Source of the DNA: Lingula anatina
Taxonomy: Eukaryota > Animalia > Brachiopoda
Assembly: GCA_051362555.1 (NCBI GenBank)
Contig: CM120646.1
Span: 19,034,001-19,098,000 of the forward strand
Length of the DNA: 64,000 nt
Direction: 5' to 3'
The notes below the pieces were generated by a model. The model was not told the origin of the DNA and did not search any database. It saw nothing but the letters and a program-made list of their open reading frames with translations. The position numbers and the translations under genes were made by a program. Below, piece by piece: positions 20,676 through 33,879 of the stretch; positions within the stretch are counted from its first letter, which is position 1, and each line of letters begins with the position of its first letter.

Positions 20676-23600
20676 TTTATAGGAAGGGTAGATAGAGTGC
20701 TGACATTCGGGTAAAAAAAAGCAAAAGAAAAAATCCTCTTACAGAAACAATCAGTCTGCAGATTTACAGAGTTTACACATCCAAATGACCACTTCTACAA
20801 GTTCAGCATAAATAAACTTTGTAATGTTACCTTGAAAAAGTTCAACTTTGCCTGCTATAAAATGTGTTAATCGGCCACACACATGGGGAACTAAGAGCAA
20901 AGATACTCAGTTAACTTATTTATGAGGAGGAAGCTCCCATCTGGAGAAAAGCAAATCAAAGGAATTGTCTTTTTTCTAGACAAGCTTTAAAAAGTTTATG
21001 AGCAGGATGCGGTAGGTCAATCTTTCTCTTCACATTTTTCAATTTTGTGCATGATATTGAGACAGCCTTTTATAAACCTGATTGGAATCCCCAGCAAGTT
21101 TTGGAGCAATGGAGAGAAGGATGAAAAAGGAGAGCAAAGAAAAATAGAGAAAAATCAATACCCACTGAAGCAGCAAACGTGTTTCCATTATTTCATAATC
21201 AGCGTCATGAACCCACGTTGAATGTATTAACTGTATCGCCCAATACATTGATTGCTTCCTTTCCTAATTTGAACTAGTCAAATCGAAGAGCACCCACTCC
21301 TGTCTCTGAACCACTTCAATACAACATGCTCTCTTATCGAAAAATTAATAAACCATCATCTGTTTATATAAATGGTTCTACAATTCAAATCCAATATCAT
21401 CCCCAAGGCAATGATGAATATTGATTAAGTAATAGTTTTTAAGTGACACGTCTGCCTCCTACTGCTGAAGACTTGTGTAGTGCAATTTCATTGCACATAT
21501 ACGTGTCAACAATTCAAAACCACTGAATTTCAAAAAGAGGGTCTGTACCAATGCTACCTTACTTTTTGTCATATCAAATCCTAAATAAACTTAAAAACCA
21601 TCTTATATTTTCATTTAAAATTTGACACACCTAGATTTTCACTAATTAAACCAATTTTATGTCACCGTAACAGTGATTTTGGCTCTTGATTTTACCTGTT
21701 GATAGACTATACTATCACAGTAATTCTTAAATTAATTTCAGCAAGCGTAGCCAGAGCTACTTCTCTGGTTTTCAAACAGTGAAAAACATGTAAAACACAC
21801 TGACACGTGTAAGGATATATCACTATTTATCCACCCAAGTATATCAAACTGAACTCTTAGCTTATCTACAATGCCTATCTAAATCTGCTGTGCCCTCTGG
21901 CTCTGTTAAGGCAAAACCCTGGGAACCAAGCCACATGGCTCTGTGCTGTGGGCAATGCTGAAGTAGGCAACCCACAGCACAATTTCTCTCTGGCGCAGAT
22001 CAAACACTATTATTGGCACAATGCAAATCTAGCCCTTGAACCAGACATCAGATTCCAATTTTCAAATTTTCCTAGGAGAGAAAACAGTTCTCAGGGTTGC
22101 CAATCTAAGGTCAATGTAGCAATACTATTAAACCTGGTTTTATATAAAAAGAGTCTTAAATTTCTATGAGAAAATTCTGGCTGTGGTTTTGGCATGCTTT
22201 GCAGCAATGTTTTCTTTTAGAAGAGCTACATGTACAGATTAAATATTTCACTGTACATGGATATACCCCCCAAAAAAGAACATGGACATGACTATCTATA
22301 CATTATACAATTAAAAAATAATCACCTACTGGTACATTTAATTGTTCTGACCTAATTTTACCTCTCCAAATCATCCAAACAATCCATTAGTCCCCTAATT
22401 AAAATAAATATGGAGGAGCCTTGTCAGTATTATGACATAAAACATGCTCACATGTCAAAGAGGAGTCATCCCCCTCTCTGTACCATATAACTGTATACAC
22501 ATAGCCACTGCCGCTGATGGTTCTTCATTTGAACTTGATTAATTGAGGTGGACTCATTAAAATATAGCCACACAATGAAATGCTTTAGAAGATAAATGGT
22601 TGGAAGTGATTACAATTTAAGTTAGTTTTACAAAATCACATAAGGAGCAAACATTATTGGAAATACTAATATTTCACTCCTGGTTGAGGTTTGTAATAGG
22701 GAGTACATATTTCATAAAGCAGTATGTACTGGAGGGGTGGGGGGAGGGAGATTTCATGGTAGACCTATAGAAATTGTGGTGAATGATAGAATATACCATT
22801 GGCAACCTGTTGATTACATTGTCTCAGGTGCCACCTGCTGTGATACATATAAAACACAGTCCAAACTGAATTCAGGCCAAGCCAAAACCTTGGGTCAATC
22901 TGTCCAAACATGGAACACATACTTAGGAGGGCCCTCTCTGCAGCATATGTACACATGTCAGACCTTCTCTGTGCTTCACACAGAAACAATAAGGTGGAGT
23001 CATTATATCATCTGGAATATACATGTTCTTGGGAATGTTTTCAAGAAAGTGTTTCTCAGTAAAAGGCCCTTACCGACAATGAGACGGTTCTGAAATTATC
23101 TGAAGTTGAGATATGATTACTGGGTATATAGTTCACTTTTGTGGTTTATGGCCTGTCACCAAATAGACAGACTGAGTGGTAATCTGCTTCAAATTTCATA
23201 AAAAATCTTAACTTGTTCTTCAGTTAAATGGAAGCAGAGTACAAATTCATTACCTTGGTAATATCTTACTATAAAAGGAATCTATACTCCCCCTACTCTG
23301 TACTCTTTGATTCTAAAGATGTACAAGATTTGAAGAGATTTCAGAATTACAAGAACCCCACCTTCTTCAGACTCAAACTGGAGCCAGCTTTCCTTAAGAT
23401 AACATATCCCTGCTTTATTTCATTAAAACATATTAACCTCAACTTATAGCCTCGATAACAATCTACACATCTCTCTTTGTGGATCAGTAAAAGAAATCTT
23501 TAAGCTTCATTTCCTGAACCAGAGTTCTTTCTTCCATCTTGGCCTGTTTTTTATCATGGCGGACCTTTGATGTGGCAGTGGAACAAAGTAATGGCCTGAC

Positions 23601-26600
23601 AATCATGAGCAGGGCAGGAGATTGCCAGTGGTTCTTGTACAAGGTAACCCCTTCAACACTCCAGAGGGGCCTGATATAATATGGACCATTGGCCAGGCAT
23701 GTGTACAGCTCTCAGGTATTCCCTATGAGGAAAAAGCCCCTGGTTTTTATAATCTGAACCATCTGGTTATTGTTCTGTCTTGGCTTTGCAAAGGTGTTCT
23801 TGGCTTGGTTTCGCATGGTGTAGTTTAGCAATATTTGAGTAAAGCATATTATACATGTATGCTTGAAAGGTGCTGTGTGTTTTTCTTTACAGAATAACCT
23901 TTAATGGTTTAGTTTATGAGAAATGGCTTAGAAAATATGTCTTGTTTTCCAGAAATTTTGCTACATCCTTTTTGATTTCTCAGAAATGAATTTGTCATTA
24001 TGGACAGTCTTTTAAATATTTTCTTATTCATTGATTTATTTATTTCTGTCTATGCTAAAGTTTCAAAAATAAGTCTACACAAGCTGGTACTTTAAGTGGC
24101 CCATGTTCTTTATACAGTAAACAGGACCAGTATTATCAGAAAGTGGTAACTTCATTTGGAACATGGTACACAACTGTTTGCGGTGTCTAATCTTATATCA
24201 GACAAGAAGGCGTTCAACATTTTTTTTTGTCTCCAAGACCCCATGTTTAGTTTAACTGTATCATCTCCACTTGTCTGAATTCATCTATCATATTCAGATT
24301 TCATTTTTTTATTTTGGTATATGAACAGAATTATTATAGTAACTGTTATGGTTTGGAACCATGATGTTCTATCATAAATCCATGTATATGTCCAATAAAG
24401 ACAATAAATGGTACAGCAAAGAACTAAATACAGTCACTGATATTTGAAATGGATATCACATGGGTTCAAAGACAGTAAATAAGGCCAATGGAAAAGAGGT
24501 ACAAGGAACAGGATGACTAATTCCAAGGAGTGGAATACCACCACATTTTGTGGAGGCCACAGAACAATGCTATGTGGCACTCATAAAATAGTTTTATTGG
24601 GACAAGATAATGATAAGCTCTGTCCAAATTATTTGGTATCTCCACAGTTGGCCAAACCAGGGAATTCCTCCTTTCTACACATAAATTTCATGGAGAATAC
24701 ATTTATGCACATAACTTTTTATATTTGACAAATAAAATTACATTCAAAACAAAACATAGCACATAGTTATTGCTTTAGATTCATGATTTGATCATAATGT
24801 CTAATTTTTTTAATTGCAGAAAAGTGAAATTGTATTTTAAACAAATCTTGTTAGTTTTTTTTTTTTTACCCTTTACTGTCCAAACATCATTTTCTGTTGT
24901 AAAACATAGTACCATATATCTTTGTCAACTATGCCTCTTTTTTTTAGCTTCACAGACATTGAGTAACAGGCTCCAGAGAGCCCAGATTGTGGTTCCATGG
25001 GTTATGAAGTGGAAGATCTGGTAATTAACCACCCTCCACTGCTGTTATGAATCACTTCAAAGTGCTTGTGGAGTACCAAATTCCACACTACAGGTACTCT
25101 TTTTTTTATAGGCTTCATGTAGGATTAAATAGTGATTTCTAGGCCAGGGTTTTGATACTTATGAATTCCTTGGTGTATACATGCATGCTGGCTGATCTAC
25201 CTATAAAAGACTAATGCAGTTTACTTTGGTTAGGTATTCAACCTGAGATTTTATTCGATTTAACAGAGAGGCAATCTGGGCATTTGAGGACTCTCTAAAT
25301 GTCCTTGCAACTGTTTCACGAAGTTAATACCATAATTGATATTTAATAATCTTTGGGATTCTTGTCATTTAGATAATATTTTTTGATTTGACCACCTCAA
25401 ATACAAGTCTGTAGTAAACTATCCACCAGATACTAAGGGCTTAGCTCAATGAGCCTGGGAAATTTTAGCCTTTTATCAAAGCTGGCCCATCCCTCATGAT
25501 GGCTCCATAATGCCAAACTCCTGAGGTGATGCACTGAAGCTCATTGGTAGATACCACATTACATAATCATCTGATCACTCCTGGTATTTTACACAGGTGC
25601 TGGTGTAATCTCAGTCTGATACTACTGCTGTGTTGGTAAATACTATGCAGGGTTGTGTTCAAAGGTTGGGCACCATGCATTTTACAATACCAGAAGACCA
25701 ACACTGTGTAAAACATACCTTTTGAAACAGTCGCAATAGGCTTACATTAATTTTTCCCCACCTTATAAAAAATGGCCAACAGGATCCATTCAGATGTAAT
25801 AAAATTGCACAAAGAGGGCACCATGAAATAAGTGAATCTTGAGCCATTAATTATTACCAAACTGTTGTGTAATATGCTTAAGAGCAATTCCTGTTAGTAA
25901 TGTGCAAGACTGTCTGTAACAGCTGGTCCATCATTACTGTTGATATACAAGCCACAAGACACCTCCTGGCATGGACACTCATTTATTTTAATTTACTCCA
26001 ATTAAAGACCATCAAAGGCAAAAGCAATACCACTATTAAATAGCATTTATCTAGTAAGGGTAGTATGCTTAACAGAAACAGAATTTAATCAGGAAAAATC
26101 AATCCTTGCAACATTAATTAACTCTATAATGAACTGTTATTCTTTCTTAGAGAAACAATAGACTGGGCCGCTTTTGTTTTCTCCTATAATTAACTTCTGC
26201 ATATAATTCAAATTTCTGTTTATGCTATAATGTTTAATTATCTTCATAATTACGTGGCGATGGGTCCCTGAACACTGAGTTATGTTTGTGCTCTTGGTTA
26301 TTTTGATGTGCTGGGTACTCTGGTATGCCAAATTGATAAATATAACAACTTAGGAAAGAATGACCAGAGGCTACAAGGTGATTTACTTATATATTAGCTT
26401 TCCTTGTAAATCAATTAATTTGTGGCATATGGTACCCATTGGTTTTTACTGTTTTTTGTGAACTAAACAAGAAATTGTTACGTTACGTATAAAAAACTTG
26501 ACTTAAACACTTTTGCAATTTGATTTTGATACAAATTTAGCAAAAACAGCCAATTTTCTACACAGATTCCTTTAATTTAGAAGGAGACACTAAAAGATGG

Positions 26601-27684
26601 AAACCCTTTTACTGTTTACAACACAGCTAGGGTGGAGTGACTCAAATAGGTGATTCAACAATCCCTCTGTATACAGACCACCCCCTATCTGCAACTTCCA
26701 CTAATTAGCTCCTAGCCCACTCAGTATTAAAAGCTCTGTTGGAAATCTATACTGACCATCATGGTTCATCAGCCACTGACCACTATCTACTATTTACAAT
26801 ATAAACAGATGCTCGTTTTCCCTGCTACATCCCCCTAGGTAAGTAAACCATGCATTTTCTATATCCCATGGATAGGCAAGATCTTCTGTTGGCGATCCAT
26901 GTCTTGGGGACCAAATACATATCAATTAAGTAAGTATCAGATTGATAAATACGCTGTGATAACATGGGCGATAACATGGGCGTGCACACTTCATCAACCC
27001 CACAGTGATGTCTGATTTTGTAATCAACTCATTAAAATTTAGCTGTCTCTCTGAATTCAGTGTTTTATGATGAAAAGGTTAACATGCTGATTGATTTTGT
27101 TTGTTAGTAGGAAATCAAATAAGAGCTATGCTTTGAAAATTCAAAACTGTCTTTTTATCAGTTGTGATTACAATAATGTCATAACCTTGGAGATCGTAAC
27201 ATTTTCAGATTTATCATGGAAACAGTTGGAGGGGGGGTCAGCCTTTATTCTACACCATGAATTTATTTTCATATCAAATATAAAGTTCAAGTAGCTATAT
27301 AAACCTTAATAAATACCTATAAATCTATATCTATCCATCTACTAATCAGCTACTGCTAATACATTTCTATCCATCCATATCAAGCTACCTATCTATTCAC
27401 AGACAGCCAGGGCATTATCACAATGCAGGCTTCTCTTTCTTAATATCCACTAGGATTGCACAAACCGGGGAAGTAAAATTGAAGAAGTGAAGGTTGGGGT
27501 ATAGAGTGATATATAATATTAAATATAATATAATATTACTATATTATATTTATTATTATATATTATATAATATTACTATAGATAGTATTACTCTCCAGTA
27601 TTACTCACCTGTACCCGCAAGGGCTAACCCTGTCAATAAGTGTAACAGTTTCCTTAAGATGGCCTTCTCCATGTTGTATTGCAT
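6959..27684 (-). CDS. kirre: Kirre/Neph (KIRREL, Roughest/IrreC, SYG-1)-like Ig cell adhesion molecule; 14 constitutive coding exons, 685 aa
   Basis: Exons join in frame through GT-AG introns (2058 nt in total). Ig1 QWTRGGFGLGTDRSLIGFERYSMLG...LQDDDVYQCQ is diagnostic of Kirre/Neph. Five Ig domains, no FN3 (so not nephrin/Sns), one TM and a C-terminal STNV PDZ-binding motif. Confidence 0.92.
7660..7766 (-). CDS. kirre: Kirre-like exon: cytoplasmic (PNGRPYPNGYGFPPTYPEAYKYLDDVDKGAGHPYD)
   Basis: 107 nt, phase 0-2, tatttcag / AG|gttggg. Confidence 0.85.
8053..8225 (-). CDS. kirre: Kirre-like exon: cytoplasmic (ASTSDTDSADSATKKPEIKVEYKNPDY...EYDELNVNYK)
   Basis: 173 nt, phase 1-0, ctctccacag / gtaaga; frame differs from the ORF-track call. 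Confidence 0.88.
9146..11775 (-). mobile_element. Non-autonomous Helentron/HINE (DINE-1/pearl-like) element with an internal ~1.1-kb tandem duplication
   Basis: Ends are aacaaGGCAGCaaaGCTGTC (stem-loop) + ATGTACAGACA and ATGTACAGACACatctGTGTCTGTACAT + A-run. It also has a hexamer microsatellite and ~160-bp internal repeats. Same family as 41593-43806. Confidence 0.8.
11995..12018 (-). CDS. kirre: Candidate 24-nt cytoplasmic microexon (VIPTIEIE)
   Basis: ttgcctttgtacatgtttttag|TCATACCTACAATTGAAATAGAAG|gtaaag; phase 1-1. Confidence 0.5.
12454..12564 (-). CDS. kirre: Kirre-like exon: transmembrane (DAIPLAFVMGGVFGGLGLILIIAIIIFIYQRTKSREE)
   Basis: 111 nt, phase 1-1, attccag / gtaata. Confidence 0.93.
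13311..13331 (-). CDS. kirre: Candidate 21-nt stalk microexon B (DDFACLT)
   Basis: gtccttcctttcag|ATGACTTTGCTTGCTTAACAG|gtatat; phase 1-1. Confidence 0.6.
13396..13416 (-). CDS. kirre: Candidate 21-nt stalk microexon A (ETCWCIG)
   Basis: ttttattttgtttgcatgttacag|AGACATGTTGGTGTATAGGAG|gtaaat; phase 1-1. Confidence 0.6.
13664..13812 (-). CDS. kirre: Kirre-like exon: Ig5 C-half (RYKVEEEDLPTGRKSILTI...DYGDYNCSVKNTYGTD...KQK)
   Basis: 149 nt, phase 2-1, tcccag / gtaggt. Confidence 0.95.
13968..14118 (-). CDS. kirre: Kirre-like exon: Ig5 N-half (GPPKVISNEEQY...LECLTESVPKPDQIRW)
   Basis: 151 nt, phase 1-2, attttag / gtaagt. Confidence 0.95.
14421..14675 (-). CDS. kirre: Kirre-like exon: Ig4 (YGPRFTVPIK...LTCKTKGNPTPRVVW...DLGIYIC...LLKK)
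   Basis: 255 nt open frame, phase 1-1, ttttcag / gtaagt. Confidence 0.95.
14926..15077 (-). CDS. kirre: Kirre-like exon: Ig3 C-half (KWYRNNEEIG...ITCEAINSVG...MAVE)
   Basis: 152 nt, phase 2-1, ttgcag / gtaagt. Confidence 0.95.
15235..15343 (-). CDS. kirre: Kirre-like exon: Ig3 N-half (YAPEVTITASPKLGVKEGESIQFSCEGRGNPNNITW)
   Basis: 109 nt, phase 1-2; absent from the ORF track, translated by hand. Confidence 0.93.
15711..15863 (-). CDS. kirre: Kirre-like exon: Ig2 C-half (AITQADGKRQ...YSCQAMN...SLEVL)
   Basis: 153 nt, phase 1-1, gtttcag / gtaagc. Confidence 0.95.
16312..16470 (-). CDS. kirre: Kirre-like exon: Ig2 N-half (LPPNFPIIYG...NLTCRANNGKPAPTLKW)
   Basis: 159 nt, phase 1-1, atttcag / gtatgt. 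Confidence 0.95.
16711..17036. repeat. ~166-bp tandem duplication including the 3' end and donor site of the Ig1 C-half exon
   Basis: 16731-16869 aligns with 16897-17035 (gagaagtaatact[c/t]acagagaactgttaac). Confidence 0.85.
17005..17127 (-). CDS. kirre: Kirre-like exon: Ig1 C-half (GVYDLMIVEAELQDDDVYQCQ...LTVL)
   Basis: 123 nt, phase 1-1, poly-pyrimidine acceptor, gtaagt donor. Confidence 0.95.
18502..18519 (-). CDS. kirre: Candidate 18-nt alternative microexon in Ig1 (GPYGTY)
   Basis: ttttccattcactgacttcag|GACCCTACGGAACCTACA|gtgagtat; phase 1-1, no stop. Confidence 0.55.
19450..19610 (-). mobile_element. Possible degenerate LINE (L2/CR1) 3' fragment
   Basis: Translation SPDLKSCLKAYL resembles the ORF2 C-terminal FKxxLKTxLF motif. 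Confidence 0.3.
20052..20243 (-). CDS. kirre: Kirre-like exon: Ig1 N-half (VYCQQGFVVQPED...MLGDENN)
   Basis: atttcag acceptor, gtaagt donor, 192 nt, phase 1-1. Confidence 0.95.
20614..20674. repeat. (TA)n microsatellite
   Basis: Perfect TA run. Confidence 0.97.
27609..27684 (-). CDS. kirre: Kirre-like coding exon 1: signal peptide MQYNMEKAILRKLLHLLTGLALAGT (whole exon 27609-27765)
   Basis: Acceptor poly-T-cag at 27766, phase-1 donor CAG|gtgagt, in-frame upstream TGA; joins to VYCQQG. Confidence 0.85.
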
Positions 27685-30600
27685 ATTGTTAGAGCACCAA
27701 TATACCTCTCACACCTCAGCTACCAGGAGTCTACATGTACCTTGATCTTTATATATGGTTGGTATCTGAAAAAAAAAAAAAGAATTATTTTAAAATAAAC
27801 TATAATTACAACATGTTCCATGTGCAGCTCTTCTTAGAGTGCTTTTATCTCATTAATCTAATGAATAACTAAAAACTAACCAAGGAAAAACACACACCAT
27901 ACCTGAAATAGGAATTGTTCAAACAATGTTCCTGGAGATTCATTTCCAAGATTCTTAAAACAATTAAGTAGATCCCTAAAAATAAATCATTTGCTATGAA
28001 AAGCATGTGCTATGTAAGAGAACATAACACTTGCTTACAGCCAATTCCTTGTGGCATATGGCATACTCTCTGTGGTACCATCCTCAGCTGCACATACCAG
28101 AAACTTACTCATATCATCAGATGCTTTTCAATATCTATGATTGAAAATGAACTATTTAACACGCTAAATACTTTAGCCATGACAATCATAGGAAAGTATG
28201 TCTAATATATTCCAAGATCACCCCTTGTTTTCAGGCACCCTTACACACCTGAATCACATCCTGCTGTTAAAAAGTCATCAAGACCCAGCCATGCTTATTC
28301 TTTTCGATGAGGTAATGGTAATTTTAATTAATTCTATCTCTAATCAACATTGTCTTCCATCTGTGTCTGACACAGCAGCCATCCATGCCTGGCACCTGCC
28401 ACAAAAAGCTTGCCCTTAGGCAGTCAGGGCTCTGAAAGCATTTCCAGATTCTGTTTCTATTGGAGCCAATAGAATCAATGTTTTAAGCAGAACATGCAAT
28501 CTGATGATGCTCCATTTAATCTAATGGCAAGTGTTAATATCTACCTTCCTGTGGAATTATTTAATACAATTTGTGCACAGAATGATCAACACAAATATGA
28601 GATAACACAAATATGAGATAAAAAAACTACAAACACAAAACACTGTATCAGTTTGCTATGTAACCATGGGAAATGCATTTTTTAACATAAATAAACAAAT
28701 AAATACAATTTTTCCAGAAACTTATTTTTTCCTAAATGATTTTAAAAGATTTAAGGAACATATTGTAAAGAGAATCATGCTCAAAATGCAACGAGATACT
28801 CTGATTAAGAATCCACAAAAAGACCAGAGGAACATTTAGGTACAAATTTTACCCTCATTGGTTGTGACACCTGTCACAGTTTTATGACAAAAAAGCTTTG
28901 GTCCATACACAAACCAGTTCTTAACCCTGCCGTTACCCATGGAGATGGCATGAGATGTTTGTTTCAAAAACCTGTTTTGGTTTTCAAGACAGACTGGAAC
29001 ATTTGTACAAGTCAGGCAAGTCAGCCATAGGAGTGCAAAGAGCTTAGTCTAAAAGTCAAAATCTCTCTTAAGACCATGTTTTGCTTTTAAACCTGCAAAC
29101 AAATCTTGCCTGCATGGAAAATGTCAATAAAGCCCAAACTAGTCCAGGTACAATGCATCATAACCATACCTTAGGACACATTGCCATGACAACAGCTTTA
29201 AGAAATTTCCCTAGATACCATGCTGATGAAGTTCACAGTGAAGATGGACGTGTTGAAAAATATAAAATGAAAACAACTTTTCATCTTGTACCTTCGACAT
29301 CCAACAAGCTACGCGTCTCAGTTTGTATCCCATAATCATGTATTGTATCCCATTTAAGAATCCACCTCATCTTCCTTCATGGAACACATAGGAGCAGATC
29401 TAGTCAAATACTATTAAGCATAAGGTTTGTTTAAAACACCCCTTATTTTAATTTAATCACTTTACAGTTGCTTTATTGGGCTCGTGTTACTGCAATATCC
29501 AAACTTGTACCACTCTGTATACATCTGTAAATGCTTAAGAGACAATCTAAATGGAGCAATGTGAAACAGGAGCGACAATACAGAACAATGGTGTTATCTA
29601 ATATATATAAACACCCAGATTTTACCAAGCTCACCTTCACATCCATTACCAAATTACCCTTGCAGCTAAGTAATCAAAGTATGAGTCTTCACATCTTAAA
29701 ACCAGGGACCCACAAAAACTCATCAAACATTTCACAAAACCACATATATGCATGATAGCAGATCTGAAAACAATAAAACCATGATAGGTGGCCATGGCAA
29801 CACATCTTTCAACAAACATGACTGCCAGCAATTCTGTGCACAGGTTGACCCAGTTAACTACAAGTGTTCCCAAGCTGTATGGACCAAATTTCTATTGGCC
29901 CAAATATAACACCCTCATGAATCTAGAACAAGTAGTAAGGCTGGAGTATCTGACATCAAGCAGAGTCGCTATCTTCTGAGTGTTGGCAATAACATTTAGG
30001 TTGGGTTTCATGAAGTACTTCAGTCCTTATCTGTATGGTATCAGCCACAGGATAAAGTGATGAATGCTACATGTCTGTGAATTTCACTTGATGTGCTTCA
30101 ATGACTCTATTTCCTGGAGTTTGCAAGTCAACTCTCCCAGTTTCAAATTAATAAATAGATGTACTAGTACATACCTGTGTTAATTTACCTCAGGATACAG
30201 AAACCTTAGATTTCTTCAATATGAACATCATTATACCACATATATTACACAATAGGCCTATAACGTAAGTGAATGAAACTAAAAGTTATGCCACATACTG
30301 GTCACTCAGATACAGAAAGTATGGGCATTGACATAAAGATGAAACACTGCTTATAAAATTTGCTTATAACAGAAGTTTTTAAAGTACTTTTTGAAGTTCA
30401 AAAATGACAGGTATGGCACTTCTATGTACAATCAGGAACTCGTTTGGCTTTACACTTTTGACCACAGCCTCTGCTACTAACTGGTGTTCATCATCTATTC
30501 TAAGTGGTCAGTCTAAGTGACCATTAATCAGATTGGTGAGTTACACCCCACTTTCACTTGTCATTCCACCCAAACAAATGTTAAAAGATGCCGTTTCCAT

Positions 30601-33600
30601 CTATTACCTTTGACAAGCTGCTACTTGTTTTTATTCCTATAATTGGAATACAGTTAAATTTAGGAATCATATATATAACGGAAGCAATCACCATGGTGAT
30701 TCATATAACAGATGCAGCAGTAATACTTAAATATATATAACTGAATTTAACAGTCAACTAAATCACACATAATGATGCCATCTTTATTCAAATTAGCAAC
30801 TGTCGAGCAGTGCCTTCTTTGGAGACTATAAATATCTGAAGGCAACAGTCTGAGTGTATAAAGATACACAAAGCCCTTTCCATTTTCAGTAAAAATACAA
30901 CCTTGCAGGTCTTTCAGCAAGCATGTCGGCTTAGTGGCACTGAAGGAATGTGATCTTGTGATCATGACAATGTCAATTATCACTTTGATTCCAATGACAA
31001 TTCAACAACAGACTGCTTGCTGACAGAGAGGATGTTTTCACGATATTCTTGTAACAAAATCTAGCCCAATGAGACCCTGGAGCTGATCCTTGAAATGCAA
31101 ACATGATTAATGATGATGATGATGAATGAAAAAAAACCTATAAAAATACCTTATATAAGACCAAATTCTGTCTATTTTGCATGTGAACAAAACTGAAGGA
31201 AGAATCCAAATCTGTTTTCAGCACTCATCCTAACATGCTCACTTGGAACCGTACCAACATTTGATCTTTACCTCACTCCTGTATCAGTTTTGCAATATTT
31301 CCAATGATTTCTGTCTTCAATACAACCCACTTTGTCACATAAGGTTTCTGATATGACCTTGTTATGACTTTTACAGATATCAGTTGGCATGAAGCCATAT
31401 GAATTTCTATGAAAAGTACTTGCACTTTCATTACTGCCTGCCAAGATGCAATTACCTATACTTGTGTTACACACAAACTTGTTTCTCTTATAGGGTTGAA
31501 CCAATTTAGCTATTCAGGTCCAGATTATCACTGTAATGAAAATAATAAGATGATATAACAAACAGAAATTGTCTCTACCAGATAGATTGGCATAAAAACT
31601 GCCTTTGTATATGCCAATGTTTCACTGTGTTGGAATTAAGTTTATATAAAACAATTTCCATTCAGCCCATTTCAAACCATCTACCCAGACTCCCTTTTCT
31701 TTTTTATTTCTCTGATATCATTTTAATAAATTGTGCATTACCATGTTCTGATATTTTAAAAAAGTACAAAAAATTTAACAAAAAATTTGTATTCTGAGAA
31801 GAAAACCAAACACAGTACCCGTTTTCTGATCTGATCATAAATCAGTGTGATGAAAGAGAACAATATATTTCTCCTGGAAACTATTTCAAATGACTCACAA
31901 GCTTCAACATTTCAATTCAAAACCATTCACAAAACAGACTGTTATTCAAAAAGACCAAAGTGCCTTTCGCCTGTTACTGTTTTTTCTTCTCCTCTTTTTT
32001 TTATTTTTCAACCTTTTGCATGTTTTTCATTTAGAAGTGGAACTGAGCCAATATGTCTTGTTTTGAACATTAATAACCCTGGGATATAAAAAACCCTGAT
32101 TTGATTAAGAATGAAACCTAATGGTTGACCCCAGTGTAATTTCCAGCTACTTTTCTTCTAACCAAGTCCTGTTATACTATAATTGTGACATCAAGGTTAT
32201 TAATGCCTTACCCCATGGACAGACCAATGGCAACCTACTGGCATACAGAGCCTAATATATTTCAATGCTTAATTCTTTTTTTTTCACCAATTAGTTTTAA
32301 GTATGAATTTAGAAATTGCATTTAATATCAAAGACAATCAAATAGGAAAACTAATTTTCCCCTAACTGTTGAATCTGCTGAGGTAGAGAATACTTGCATT
32401 ATATAAGACTTACAAGCTAAAAGTCATTTTGTATGAAATTCACTTTTACTTCTCATGGTTAACTGAAACTATTTAAGAAATATATCAGTACATAGTAAGT
32501 TTTCATTAAGTAGCCACTGCTTGACTCCACTACTGTTACTCTCATATCACTGGTATGGTACCCCATGCTGAGCAAACTTCATTTTATGATGGTTATTCTT
32601 TAAAATATTAAAATTCCTTAGTTTTCTAATTATTAAACTTTAACTTTTTCATGATTTATCATTTCCAGACATCCAAAACAACACAGATTTTGACATGAAG
32701 CCAAGTAACTTTGCAAAACCTTTGAATCAGCACATTAAGTTTAATAGTGTATCACTTTTTTAGATGGGTAAAATTATTGATTGATTTTGAGTGTTTTGTT
32801 TTTTTAGTAATTACTGTAACTGATGAATTAATTAAGACTAAGTCTAAGTCTAAGACTAAGCCTCAGTTTAATTTAGACTACAGCTATCAGTTAACTGCTA
32901 AATTGGTACAGGTAACATCAGAATCACTACCTCATGTCTTTTCACCTGCCATCACTTAAGGTAATTTGGGAGCAGAGGGGTCAGCTTACTTAAACTTCAA
33001 GGAAGCAACAGTTAACAGAAGCAGCCAAATGTTTTCAGACTGATTCTGACATAGATAACTAAATTTTGTTAAGACTGTCCGGAGTTGTATGGTGGAGAAC
33101 AGTCAGAGATTTTTTTTTTTTTTTTTTCCTATGGTGGAATTTTTTCCCTACCTTCCATAATAATTCAGTAAATATGTGTTTAAATACTAATACATTTAAA
33201 ATGAATTGATTTTGAAATATTCCTCATAAGAGGCAGTATCATTAATTATCATCTCGGAGATTGAATCTTATCTCCATTTTAACATTCAGCTTGACTAAAA
33301 AATTGTATAACAAAAATTAATCTTCCCATTATATAATTTGTTTAAGACTTCTGCTGTTTTATGATTACATTTGTCATTGTTATAATAAATGTAACTTCCA
33401 ACAATAGAACTACTTAAAAGAAACTGAAGAAAAACTATTTCTATAAAATGTCTGATACCATATTACCTATTCTAGACAGTTAAAAATATTGTTACAGCAT
33501 GCTTATTAGCTAGGATGCTATCCCCAATAATTAATTTACTGGAGTCTGATAATAAGAAGGAGAGGAGTTCAAGCAAGAAGATAGTTTACCACTACACCAC

Positions 33601-33879
33601 AGGACCCTGTCAAGACAACATGGAGTTTAGCAATATGTTATGTAAGACAGGGTGCCTTCATGTTCCCCAGATGAGGCACCTGTTTCAGCCCCCCTATCAC
33701 ATGTCCATAAGAATGTAGGGCCATCACAAACTCATATGGTACCCCTTCTCAAACAGAGGCAGCCTCCATATCTCCCCAGCTAGAGGTATCAGGATTACCA
33801 ACTGAATACCAACACTGGGCTCATTCTACCAGGGTTGCCAACACAGGGCTTATTTTTTTAAACAAATTTTTTAAACAAA

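Noticed and set aside
6959-27684. Alternative call as nephrin/Sns
   Set aside because: Only five Ig domains and no FN3 before the TM, which fits Kirre/Neph.
22700-30100. Scattered LINE-like peptide hints (23620-23800 KAPG-like; 29560-29960)
   Set aside because: Too degenerate to delimit or classify by eye.
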